Part shown: piece after piece, positions 1 through 8,220 of the stretch | Layout of the letters: each line of letters begins with the position of its first letter | Position numbering within the stretch: the first letter of the stretch is position 1 | Assembly: GCA_963795085.1 (NCBI GenBank) | Contig: CAWCFX010000004.1 | Span: forward strand, 32,001 to 96,000 | Length of the DNA: 64,000 nucleotides | Direction of reading: 5' to 3' | Source of the DNA: an uncultured Gemmatimonadales bacterium | GTDB taxonomy: Bacteria; Gemmatimonadota; Gemmatimonadetes; Gemmatimonadales; GWC2-71-9 | Made by a program: the position numbers and the translations under genes | The notes under the pieces: generated by a model | Databases searched by the model: none | Told to the model about the DNA's origin: nothing | What the model saw: the letters and a program-made list of their open reading frames with translations, nothing else

Positions 1-956
1 ACCCACTCGGCGGTGCTGTTGCGGACCACGAAGACCAGGGGCCGGCCGTCGCGCTCGATCACCGCGCGGGAGGGCACGATGGTCCGGCCGGACAGGCGGT
101 TGGCTTCGAGCCGGACGTCGGCGTACATCCCGGGGCGGAGGTTGCCGTTGTTGCGGGCGCGGATCAGGGCCCGGCCGGCCCGCTTCACGCTGTCGATCAT
201 CGGGAGCACGGCGCTGACCCGGCCGTACACCGGCCGCCCCGGCGACGCGGCCGCCGTGATCACCGCTTCGCCGCCGACCCTGATCAGCGGCAGGTCGTGC
301 TCCAGGATCTGCGCCTCGATCCGGAGGTTGGTCACGTCCACCACGGACGCGATGTCCTCACCGCCGTTCACCCGCTCGCCGGCGGCCACGTTCACCTCGT
401 CCACGATCCCGTCGAAGGGCGCTTCGATCGTGGCCCGCTCCTGGTCCAGCTTCGCCTTCTCGAGCCGGATCCGCGCCGCGGTGACACCAGCGCGGGACTC
501 CGCATTCTTTCGCCGGTCTTCCGGCACCGCGCGGCCGGTGGCGATCGAGTCGGGCACGATGTAGTCCCGGTAGGCGATCATCGCCTGTTCCAGCGAGGCT
601 TCGGCCTCCCGCACCGCGATGTCGAAGGGCCGGGGGTCCAGCTTCACCAGCGTTTCGCCTTTTCGCACCATCGCGCCGGGGCGCACCAGCACCTCCGTCA
701 CCGTTCCGCTCAGCTCGGCCTTGAGTTGGGCATAGGCATCGGACTGGACCTGGCCGGTGGTGACCACCGAGAGCACCAGGTCTCCGCGGCGCACCTCGGC
801 GCCAGCCACGGGAAGGGACATCCCCGAGCTGTCGCCGGCGGCGGCCGCGGAGTCGGCGGGCGCTCCTTCGGCACCGGCGTCCTTGCCCTTGCAGGCGGGG
901 AAGAGGGCGAGTGCGCCGAGGAGTGCGGCTATATGGGTCCGCGGGAGAGGCGTCAT
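1..956 (-). CDS. Efflux RND transporter periplasmic adaptor (membrane fusion) lipoprotein; 3' end runs off the window
   Basis: Not in the ORF track. Manual translation from ATG 956 gives MTPLPRTHIAALLGALALFPAC (lipobox), then LSGTVTEVLVRPGAMVRKGETLVKLD, a helical hairpin, and TIEAPFDGIVDEVNVAAGERV (lipoyl half-motifs). Confidence 0.9.
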   Translation of the reverse strand, partial: MTPLPRTHIAALLGALALFPACKGKDAGAEGAPADSAAAAGDSSGMSLPVAGAEVRRGDLVLSVVTTGQVQSDAYAQLKAELSGTVTEVLVRPGAMVRKGETLVKLDPRPFDIAVREAEASLEQAMIAYRDYIVPDSIATGRAVPEDRRKNAESRAGVTAARIRLEKAKLDQERATIEAPFDGIVDEVNVAAGERVNGGEDIASVVDVTNLRIEAQILEHDLPLIRVGGEAVITAAASPGRPVYGRVSAVLPMIDSVKRAGRALIRARNNGNLRPGMYADVRLEANRLSGRTIVPSRAVIERDGRPLVFVVRNSTAEW

Positions 957-1004
957 GTGTTCCGGTCTGATGAGCGGAGCGGTGGATTCGTCGCAGCGGG
1001 ACTC

Positions 1005-1037
1005 GTAAGAGACGTTCCAGGACACTGAAACGGTTGG
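1005..1037 (-). promoter_or_regulatory. Candidate ECF-sigma promoter for the RND adaptor gene
   Basis: Minus strand reads CAACC-N17-CGTCT about 50 nt upstream of ATG 956. Confidence 0.35.
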
Positions 1038-1051
1038 CTCTGCCAGCCCGG

Positions 1052-1511
1052 CTACGCGCTGCTGGCCTGCCCGGCGTCGAGGTGAGCCCGGATCCGGTCC
1101 AGCTCCGTCACCAGCGCGGGCAGGAGCAGGGCAGTCCCCCCACGGAGAAGGATAGCACCGGGTTTCAGGTTGAGCAGTCCTTCGAGGGTCCGGTAGATGG
1201 TGGAGGGGTTATGGCCTTCGGCCAGCGCGGCCTGGGCAAAGGGGTCGCCACCCTCCGCCCGCGCCACCAGGTCATAGACCCGGAACCAGCGTTTGAGGAA
1301 GCCCCACCGGGGCAGGTTCAGGGCGAGGAGGTGAGAGCGGAGGGCATGCCGGTCCTTGAGCCCCAGGTGTTGTGCCTGGACCTGGGCGGTGCGGGTCCAT
1401 GAGCGGTCCCGGGCCACGAGCAGGAGGAAAGCAAGCGCCGGCCCGGTGACCGGGAGGGTCTTGAGGTCTGCTTCAAGCGCGGGCAAGACGGGTTCTCGGG
1501 GGGGGGGGCAT
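1052..1511 (-). CDS. Small AraC-like helix-turn-helix protein; ATG 1511 is out of frame because of a C11 tract (frameshifted, phase-variable, or a sequencing error)
   Basis: AQHLGLKDRHALRSHL...RWFRVYDLV...FAQAALAEGHNPSTIYRTLEGLLNLKP resembles the two-HTH AraC DNA-binding domain. The track start (TTG 1546) coincides with a -35 box. Confidence 0.55.
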
Positions 1512-1518
1512 CTTGTGG

Positions 1519-1546
1519 AGTATGCCGGCCAAACGAGAGTCGTCAA
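1519..1546 (-). promoter_or_regulatory. Sigma70-type promoter, probably giving a leaderless transcript starting at ATG 1511
   Basis: TTGACG-N16-CATACT-N7-ATG on the minus strand. Confidence 0.55.
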
Positions 1547-1750
1547 GGCCCCGGGCGGGCATGGGTAGAATCGGACTCCTGATTGCGCGCAAAAGGCATA
1601 GACACCATGGTTGAAGTCGTTACCGTTGGGACCGAACTCCTAACTATGGAGCGTTAGTCACGCCAGGCACTTCAGATCAACGGTACCGATCGATGACGTG
1701 AGATCGTTGTCTGAGGGAAGCCACAATGTCCCGCCCACGGGAGGTCGTCC

Positions 1751-2080
1751 ATGCGAGCTCGCTGGCTTGGTGTCATTCTACTTTCGCTAGGTTTCGTTGC
1801 CTTTCTGGCCTCACGGCCGAACTCACTCAACGCTGAAACCCCATCAACCCTTTCAGGGGCAATTGTTTGCGTAACTCAGGCCGCGGTGTTTGATCCAACT
1901 GAGCTTTCCGGAAACGAAACCTTGGGTGCGATAGCGATGCAGGATGCGCAATGCCCCTCGGGTCAGAAGTGCTGCATTTCAAATCACTGCAATTGCGGAC
2001 AGCCACCTAAGCCCGCATGCTGTGATGCAACCTGTTCCTGCGTGTGCATCCCGACCGGGTCGAATTGCTGTAATAATTGA
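1751..2080 (+). CDS. Secreted cysteine-rich small protein (signal peptide, linker, 12-Cys C-terminal core)
   Basis: GGAGG SD; hydrophobic signal MRARWLGVILLSLGFVAFLA; core CPSGQKCCISNHCNCGQPPKPACCDATCSCVCIPTGSNCCNN. Confidence 0.8.
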   Translation: MRARWLGVILLSLGFVAFLASRPNSLNAETPSTLSGAIVCVTQAAVFDPTELSGNETLGAIAMQDAQCPSGQKCCISNHCNCGQPPKPACCDATCSCVCIPTGSNCCNN

Positions 2081-2106
2081 ATGACTCATTCAGGACAGTT
2101 GCTACG

Positions 2107-2149
2107 TGCCTGAGGCTTGCACCCAGATCGCTGGGGCATGCCTCAGGCA
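2107..2149 (+). other. Long intergenic stem-loop after the Cys-rich peptide gene (mRNA stabiliser or attenuator)
   Basis: TGCCTGAGGC...CCCAG-ATCG-CTGGG...GCCTCAGGCA; no U-tract follows. Confidence 0.7.
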
Positions 2150-2202
2150 TTCCACTCACGCCCTACTCTCCTTCCACGCGAATCCTGATTCTTCAGCACA
2201 TA

Positions 2203-3315
2203 ATGTCACTTCGACATCTATCAGTGACACTGGCCATATCTCTCTGCATGGGATGCCGTGACGCAGGCGAACTCCGCATCGCGTGGACGATTCCCTTGGG
2301 ACAGGACACCTCCGTCGGATTGCCCGTTTCAGTTTCGGCAGGCCCTGACCGCACTGTCCTCGTTGCCGATGTTCAGCGAGGAGTCCTGCATCGTTGGAGC
2401 CTGGAGGGCAATAGGCTCTCCTCCTTCGGCACACCCGGTCGTTCTCCTGGCAGTTCTATGTCACCCTCTCTTGTCAGAACGTTGCGCGACACCATCATGG
2501 TATGGGACCGAGTGCAGCAGCGTGTCACGCTAATCTCACATGCTGGCAGCTTCTTAGGTATGGAGGAGATTGCTATCTGGCCCGCCAGGGATGGCTTTGT
2601 CAGGGCCTTTATGAAGGACGGAAACTCCTGGCTCCTCTGGCTACAGGAGCGCTCCCAGAAGTCAGGATTAGTCCAAGTCTCAAGCAGGATCATTCAGGCG
2701 AGAGACGTTTACGACACTCTCTCTGTGGCGGCTGGTCCTACCACCGTCGGCATACAGACAGTCGATTCACAGTACTCCCTAACCTTTCGATCACCATTCA
2801 ATCACCGTGCACTCGTCATGTTTGGGTCCCAGACTATTATTGGACTGTCCAGTTTGTCCGATTCGATTGCCTATCCAGGACGCTCTGTGCTTGCTCGAAA
2901 GACATTGGGGTTGGAGTCCATTCCTTCAGACCACCAGCGGCAGCGCGCCTATCGCGATTCAAGTATTCTTGGAATTGTACACCTGTTGCAGGACAGCTCC
3001 AAGATGGTCAACGCGGGAGAGGGGCAACTGGTTGCGCTATTCACCTCCTTCCTGGACACCGTGTCTCTCCCGAGTGTGATGCCGACTTTCTACTCTGCAA
3101 CACTTGATTCGACTGATCACCTCTGGGTCCTTGTCAACGGGAGTTCTCCCGCACAGCTTCAATGGATGCGTTATAACCTTCGCGACACCAGCCCTCCAAA
3201 AGTTATGGCGCGAGTAGCGTCGCGCAGAGTGGTCGATGCATTTGCTATGCCACATGCATTGGTGACTCTTGAGAGTGATAGCCACGGCGAATCTTGGATT
3301 GTCTTTTATGAATAG
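2203..3315 (+). CDS. 6-bladed beta-propeller (NHL/TolB-like) lipoprotein
   Basis: ATG 2203 gives MSLRHLSVTLAISLCMGC (lipobox); VLVADVQRGVLHRWSLEGNRLSSFGTPGRSPG is a degenerate GxxGxGPGE blade motif. Confidence 0.75.
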   Translation: MSLRHLSVTLAISLCMGCRDAGELRIAWTIPLGQDTSVGLPVSVSAGPDRTVLVADVQRGVLHRWSLEGNRLSSFGTPGRSPGSSMSPSLVRTLRDTIMVWDRVQQRVTLISHAGSFLGMEEIAIWPARDGFVRAFMKDGNSWLLWLQERSQKSGLVQVSSRIIQARDVYDTLSVAAGPTTVGIQTVDSQYSLTFRSPFNHRALVMFGSQTIIGLSSLSDSIAYPGRSVLARKTLGLESIPSDHQRQRAYRDSSILGIVHLLQDSSKMVNAGEGQLVALFTSFLDTVSLPSVMPTFYSATLDSTDHLWVLVNGSSPAQLQWMRYNLRDTSPPKVMARVASRRVVDAFAMPHALVTLESDSHGESWIVFYE

Positions 3316-4441
3316 ATTCCCGCGGTGGCCGGGATTGACCGCGTGTCTTCTGGGCGCTGGCATGATACATCTTTTTGGTCAGGCTCGCACTGCGCGGGAA
3401 GTGTGGAGTCGCGACAGCTTGCTTCACCCACTCTACCAGGTCCAGTCGCTGGGACTGGTGCAGGATTCCATACTGTGGGTAAGCGACGGTGGCACCGGAA
3501 TCCACCGGCTTACGACTGGGGGCCGGTATCTCGGTTCCGTTGGCAGGGAAGGCGAAGGGCCAGGCGAGTATCGATGGCCGTGGCACATCCAGGTGCTGGG
3601 CGACACCGTTGTGGTCTTCGACCGGCGCCTGCTCCGGCTGAACTTGTACACGGCGGATGGGGCGTTTCAGCGGTCCACACCGATGCAGGTCCTCGACAAC
3701 ATTCATGGACGTTTCAGGGGAATCGCCCGCCATCCGAATGGCTGGCTGGTCTGGACCGACAATTATCCCGCGGGAAGTCCGCGGCCCCACGAACAATCCT
3801 CATTCGTGTGGCTCATCGGCCTGAATGGCACACCGCGTGACACCCTCGTCACCTTCCCCGGGCCCGAGAGCATCATCCTCAGGGAAACTGGTACTTCCTC
3901 CCGAATCGACGCGCCGTTCCAACGGCGACCGTTCGTGCTCTTCACAGGCGACAGCATCGTGATCGGCAACAATGGAACCGACCACGTGACGATGTACGGG
4001 AGATCTGGCCGGGTCCGTAGCCGGGTAATGATTCCATTGGCCGCAAAGCGGGTAACGGCCGGGGATCGGGCCGCATACCACAGCTACCGCCGAGCACGGT
4101 GGAACGAGGAGGTCGAACAGCAGAATTACGGTCCGGAGATGAGACGGGTGTTTGCCGAGCGCTTTGACCAGATCATGGGACTCGTGCGCTATCCATCGAC
4201 CTGGCAACGCTATGAGTTGATGCTCCGTGACACCGAGGGAGATCTCTGGTTTTTGCTCCCGGCCAGCGGACCGGCGCGCACCTGGGTCGAACTGTCGGCC
4301 TCGGGCCGGATCAAGCAACGAATTCTGGTCAGGCACAAGGCAGCCGTGCTGCACGCGGTGATCGACGGCAACATGATGTACAGCGGTGAGTGGGACGAGG
4401 ATGCGGGCAAAGGCAGGGTGGCGGCATACTCTCTTCGATAA
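3308..4441 (+). CDS. Secreted 6-bladed beta-propeller protein
   Basis: ATG 3308 overlaps the upstream stop; signal peptide; GRYLGSVGREGEGPGEY and GDTVVVFD motifs. Confidence 0.85.
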   Translation: MNRFPRWPGLTACLLGAGMIHLFGQARTAREVWSRDSLLHPLYQVQSLGLVQDSILWVSDGGTGIHRLTTGGRYLGSVGREGEGPGEYRWPWHIQVLGDTVVVFDRRLLRLNLYTADGAFQRSTPMQVLDNIHGRFRGIARHPNGWLVWTDNYPAGSPRPHEQSSFVWLIGLNGTPRDTLVTFPGPESIILRETGTSSRIDAPFQRRPFVLFTGDSIVIGNNGTDHVTMYGRSGRVRSRVMIPLAAKRVTAGDRAAYHSYRRARWNEEVEQQNYGPEMRRVFAERFDQIMGLVRYPSTWQRYELMLRDTEGDLWFLLPASGPARTWVELSASGRIKQRILVRHKAAVLHAVIDGNMMYSGEWDEDAGKGRVAAYSLR

Positions 4442-4805
4442 GAAGCGAAGCGCGCCGCCCGCGTTGTAATGTCTGCCCTTCCAGCCTGGAGCCAGCAAAC
4501 CCACGGTAAGCAACGCCCGCGACGGGTCCACGAGGCGGCGAGTCAGACCGCCAGTCGCCCCATACATGGCCAGGTACCGACGTTTGCCAACCGGGGCAAG
4601 CCCAGTGTGGCTGGGGGCTGGGTCTGGCTGATGCTTTCAGGTTCTCCAGCTGACCTCGCGTCTCAGACCGCCCGCTCCTACCTGACCTTGCGAGCCTACC
4701 TGTGGCGTTCAGGACCTAGTGGTCGATACTGGCGGGGCACGGATCTATATCCCATACTGCTAGTCGATGCTCTGGCGCTACAATGTTGTTCGAGAGGATC
4801 CTGCC

Positions 4806-5084
4806 ATGAGAACCATCAGGTACTTCACCGGGCTGCTCGTGCTCCTCGTCGCTCCCGAGGCGGGCCTGGCCCAGGTCAAGGACGCCACGGGTGGAGTGGT
4901 CCCGTTGAAAGCCTCCGCAGTGAGCGAGCACCTCCTGCTGGAGGGAAACTTGTCGTTGGTGCTGATTCACCCAGGCCTGAGACTTGACGGAGTTCTTGAC
5001 ATCCGCCTGGACAATGAACTCGACTTGGGACTTGGCCTGACTGTCAGTCACGGCACGATTCGGCCAAGGCGGCTTCTCGACTAG
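4806..5084 (+). CDS. Small secreted hypothetical protein (92 aa)
   Basis: GAGGA SD; signal MRTIRYFTGLLVLLVAPEAGLA-Q; beta-rich, Leu-alternating mature part. Confidence 0.6.
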   Translation: MRTIRYFTGLLVLLVAPEAGLAQVKDATGGVVPLKASAVSEHLLLEGNLSLVLIHPGLRLDGVLDIRLDNELDLGLGLTVSHGTIRPRRLLD

Positions 5085-5105
5085 GAGGTCGCGGCCAGAT
5101 CGTGG

Positions 5106-5154
5106 GGCTGCCAACTCTGCGAGTGGTTTGCCACGTACTCTGCGGTGAGCTGTT
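5106..5154 (+). repeat. REP-like intergenic repeat, copy 1
   Basis: AACTCTGCGAGTGGTTTGCCACGTAC (5113-5138) matches 6350-6375 at 24/26; CGTACTCTGCGGTGAGCTGTT matches 6932-6952 at 20/21. Confidence 0.75.
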
Positions 5155-5194
5155 ATCCCCGGCTCGGCGCACCACCCTCGGTGGGGCATCAGAC

Positions 5195-6328
5195 ATGTTG
5201 AGGGACCGCCATCCTCCGCCCATCGCACCTACGCTGTGGCTTCTCAATAGTCTCGGAATGGTGGTGCTCTTCGGTCCCTCATCGGATCTCGCGGCCCAGA
5301 CCGCCCGGGCCGTACCGGCGCTCGCGATCCCCGGTGATGCACCCGGCTACTTCGTCAATCGCGTCGCCGCGATCGCCATCGCGTCCGATAGCAGTATCCT
5401 TGTCCTCGACCCGGTCGAAGCCAGGATCTACCGCTTTGACCGCCGGGGCCGGTACCTGGACGGCTGGGGGAGACAGGGCAGCGGGCCGGGCGAGTGGCGC
5501 CGACCTTCCACGCTCGGCTGGCGGGGCGATACCCTCTGGGCGTTCGATCCCGCACTCGCCCGGCTCAGCCTGTACGCACCGAGTGGGGGGTTCCATCGCA
5601 GCATCCAGCTGCCGGCGAGCGGGAAGGCGGTCTACCAGGCGGATGGTTCACTCGCGACGCTCTCCGTCATGAGCTACGGTAGCGCCGGGATCCGGGGCCC
5701 GCCCATCATCGCGGTCCGGTACAATGCCGCCGGACGCCTTGCCGATACCCTGATCAAGCTGCCCTCGGCCTACCGGGTGCTGGTGTACCCTCTAGGCGGG
5801 CGCACCAGCGTCGGGCAGCAGCCGTTCGAAGACGGCCCCCTCGTGGTCGGCGCGCTCAATGGCAGCGGCTGGCTGGTGGTACGGCGGGACGCAACCGGCA
5901 TCCCGGTCCGGCTGACCCGGATTGACCCCGCCGGCGACACCCTCTTCCAGCGTGCGATTCGCCTCCCGCCTCGGCGACTTACCCGAGCGCAGGTGGCCAG
6001 CGCCGTGGCAGACCTGGAGGCGGAAGGTCCCCGGCAGCCGGACCTGGGGGCGACCATCGAAGCGGCGCTGTACAAGCCCCGCTATCTCCCGCCGATTTCC
6101 GACGCGCTGGTCGGGGAGGACTCGACAATCTGGCTCCGCGGAACCATGCTCTGGGAACAGACGATCCGGTGGCTGGTGCTGGATCCCCACGGAGAAAAGC
6201 TCTTCGAGCTGGACCTGCCGACCGCATTCCGGCCCTTCGTGGCCACCCGGTCGATGGTATGGGGGGCCGAGCCGAATGAATCAGGCGTGCCGGTGGTGAA
6301 AACGATCAGGATCGCTGTCGAGCCCTGA
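5195..6328 (+). CDS. Secreted 6-bladed beta-propeller protein (start uncertain, 5195 or 5258)
   Basis: ILVLDPVEARIYRFDRRGRYLDGWGRQGSGPGEW; GDTLWAFD. Confidence 0.85.
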   Translation: MLRDRHPPPIAPTLWLLNSLGMVVLFGPSSDLAAQTARAVPALAIPGDAPGYFVNRVAAIAIASDSSILVLDPVEARIYRFDRRGRYLDGWGRQGSGPGEWRRPSTLGWRGDTLWAFDPALARLSLYAPSGGFHRSIQLPASGKAVYQADGSLATLSVMSYGSAGIRGPPIIAVRYNAAGRLADTLIKLPSAYRVLVYPLGGRTSVGQQPFEDGPLVVGALNGSGWLVVRRDATGIPVRLTRIDPAGDTLFQRAIRLPPRRLTRAQVASAVADLEAEGPRQPDLGATIEAALYKPRYLPPISDALVGEDSTIWLRGTMLWEQTIRWLVLDPHGEKLFELDLPTAFRPFVATRSMVWGAEPNESGVPVVKTIRIAVEP

Positions 6329-6342
6329 GGGCGCCGAGTCAA

Positions 6343-6375
6343 GGCTGCGAACTCTGCGAGTTGTTTGCCGCGTAC
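6343..6375 (+). repeat. REP-like intergenic repeat, copy 2
   Basis: GGCTGCGAACTCTGCGAGTTGTTTGCCGCGTAC is a direct repeat of 5106-5138. Confidence 0.75.
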
Positions 6376-6383
6376 CGACACAC

Positions 6384-6411
6384 TGCACTCTGCACTCTGC
6401 ACTCTGCACTC
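6384..6411. repeat. Heptamer tandem repeat (TGCACTC)4
   Basis: Read directly; the same unit recurs at 17997-18047. Confidence 0.95.
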
Positions 6412-6707
6412 TATCTCACCTGCGCCCCCGGCATCGGGTGAATCTCGAAGCTGAAGCCGGCCTGCGACTGGATCGCCGGGTCCTCCCCGGCGAATCCCTG
6501 CATCGTGGACTCGTCCTCGGCCTCGACCACCGCGATGCCGTAGGTGCCCTTCGGGTCCATCACCGGCCCGTACGCCACCACCGAGCCCGCCTGGATCAGC
6601 CCGGCCCAGTAGCCGAAATGCGCCTGCATGATGCCGCCCTCGGCCTCGGTCATGTCCGTCGGAAAACTCGGCCGCGGCGGGAGAAGCTTGTAGAGGAAAT
6701 AGTTCAC
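6411..6707 (-). CDS. YciI family protein
   Basis: GTG 6707 with AAGGGA SD; QAHFGYW...VVAYGPVMDPKGTYGIAVVEAED...EDPAI. Confidence 0.85.
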   Translation of the reverse strand: MNYFLYKLLPPRPSFPTDMTEAEGGIMQAHFGYWAGLIQAGSVVAYGPVMDPKGTYGIAVVEAEDESTMQGFAGEDPAIQSQAGFSFEIHPMPGAQVR

Positions 6708-6840
6708 GTGAAATCCCTTGACATGGTTCAGAGAAAAGCACACCGCCGAGTTCGCAGAAGAGGCGCCGAGTTCGCAGTTGACTCCGACGCCGGTGCGGCC
6801 TCTGCGTATGCTGTTGCAGTGCTACAGACCACCAGGTTGT

Positions 6841-6956
6841 CTTGAACAGCTCATCGCAGAGTGCGCAGAACCGGTCCCAGAGTTCGCGGTGACTCCGATG
6901 CCGCTGCGACCTCTGCGCTCTGATGTTGCCGCGTACTCTGCGATGAGCTGTTCAGG
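6841..6956. repeat. ~116 bp element with 26 bp terminal inverted repeats (MITE/REPIN-like)
   Basis: CTTGAACAGCTCATCGCAGAGTGCGC versus the reverse complement of GCGTACTCTGCGATGAGCTGTTCAGG: 24/26 identity. Confidence 0.75.
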
Positions 6957-6994
6957 TACTCCCCCGGTCGACCAGGCTGACCTTCGACCGTCAG

Positions 6995-7015
6995 TCGGCA
7001 ATCGGCAATCGGCAA
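6995..7015. repeat. Heptamer tandem repeat (TCGGCAA)3
   Basis: Read directly. Confidence 0.9.
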
Positions 7016-8155
7016 TTACAGTTTGTATCTCTCCAGGTGCTGCAGATCATCCCGATCGGTCTGCCGGAGATAGATCACCCCGTTCCCGAACCCCACCATC
7101 CGCCGGCCGGCCGGGAGCAGCACCTGCGTCTTGAATTGGCCGCCCGCGTCGAACACGTCCATCACCCGCGGCGCACCCGCCGGCACGCTCCGCTCCACCC
7201 AGGCCTCGCCGGCCGGGGATACCCACACCGCCGAGAACACCGGCTTCACCGCCGGCCACTCGGTCTCCGCGATGGCGTTCTCCTCGGCGTCCTCCGCCCG
7301 CCCGCCCCGGCCAAACGACATGCTCACCTGGCCGTTCCGGTTCTCCATGTTGACGCTGAGCGCGTTGGACAGGTCGGCCACGTACTCCCGCTTGTCCGGG
7401 TCGCGCACCGGCACCGGGGCGACCCGCACCGGCGTGCCGCGCACCACGCGGCCGTCCGGGGTGACCCAGTCCACCCGGTACTCCTGCCCCCGGGCGATGG
7501 CCACCTGGCCGGCCGGGCCCACCGCCCAGCTGTCCTGTACCGGGTAGGGCCGGGGACGCTGCACCATCCGCTGGTTGTTCTGCCCGCCCGAGGTCTGGGT
7601 GTTCATCTCGGGGAGCTTCACCTTCGCCACGGTATCGAAGGCGGAGCGGGCCCGGTCCCAGCGGACCACCACCGCCGAATCGGGGATACGGCCGCCCATG
7701 CCGGGCTGGAAATATACCCGGCCCTGCGCATCCACACCGCGAGGCAGGATCATCATCATTCGGGGCGGGCTTCCCACCGCGATCGGCGCCGACTCGCGGT
7801 ACTTGCCGTCCGCCGCGAGATAGTTGAGCCGCGCGTTGCCCAGGTCCATGAGCAGCGTACCGCCGCCCGGCAGCGGGAACAGCGCATCGGGCGCCTTGTA
7901 CTCGCCCGGCCCCTGGCCCACCCGTCCCAGCGTTTCCCCCCGGCCCGTCTTGAAATCGGCGAGCATCAGCACCTCGTCGATGCCGTCCGCCACCAGCACT
8001 CGACCGTCGGGAAGCTCCCGGAGCCCGCGAATGGAACTGAAAGCGTGGGGGAACCGGGCGTCGGCGGCCGTCAGCCGGCGCTCGGGGACCTGCTGGGCCG
8101 CCGCCGGGAGGGCGAGGATGACAGCCGCGGCCGCCAGCAGAAAGGTTCGCATCAT
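7016..8155 (-). CDS. Secreted 6-bladed beta-propeller protein
   Basis: Signal peptide ending PAAA-QQ; RELPDGRVLVAD; LGRVGQGPGEY; C-terminal DVFDAGG...VGFGNGVIYL. Confidence 0.9.
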   Translation of the reverse strand: MMRTFLLAAAAVILALPAAAQQVPERRLTAADARFPHAFSSIRGLRELPDGRVLVADGIDEVLMLADFKTGRGETLGRVGQGPGEYKAPDALFPLPGGGTLLMDLGNARLNYLAADGKYRESAPIAVGSPPRMMMILPRGVDAQGRVYFQPGMGGRIPDSAVVVRWDRARSAFDTVAKVKLPEMNTQTSGGQNNQRMVQRPRPYPVQDSWAVGPAGQVAIARGQEYRVDWVTPDGRVVRGTPVRVAPVPVRDPDKREYVADLSNALSVNMENRNGQVSMSFGRGGRAEDAEENAIAETEWPAVKPVFSAVWVSPAGEAWVERSVPAGAPRVMDVFDAGGQFKTQVLLPAGRRMVGFGNGVIYLRQTDRDDLQHLERYKL

Positions 8156-8185
8156 GATGGTCTTCCCGGTTGGAGATGAACAACA

Positions 8186-8220
8186 AAATTACAAATTGCA
8201 AATTACAAATCTTAAATTGT
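8186..8220. repeat. AT-rich degenerate heptamer repeat (AAATTRC-like) x5
   Basis: AAATTAC AAATTGC AAATTAC AAATCTT AAATTGT. Confidence 0.85.

Noticed and set aside
1583..1592. Perfect palindrome TTGCGCGCAA between the AraC-like and peptide genes
   Set aside because: Single and short; it could arise by chance, and there is no second copy to support an operator call.
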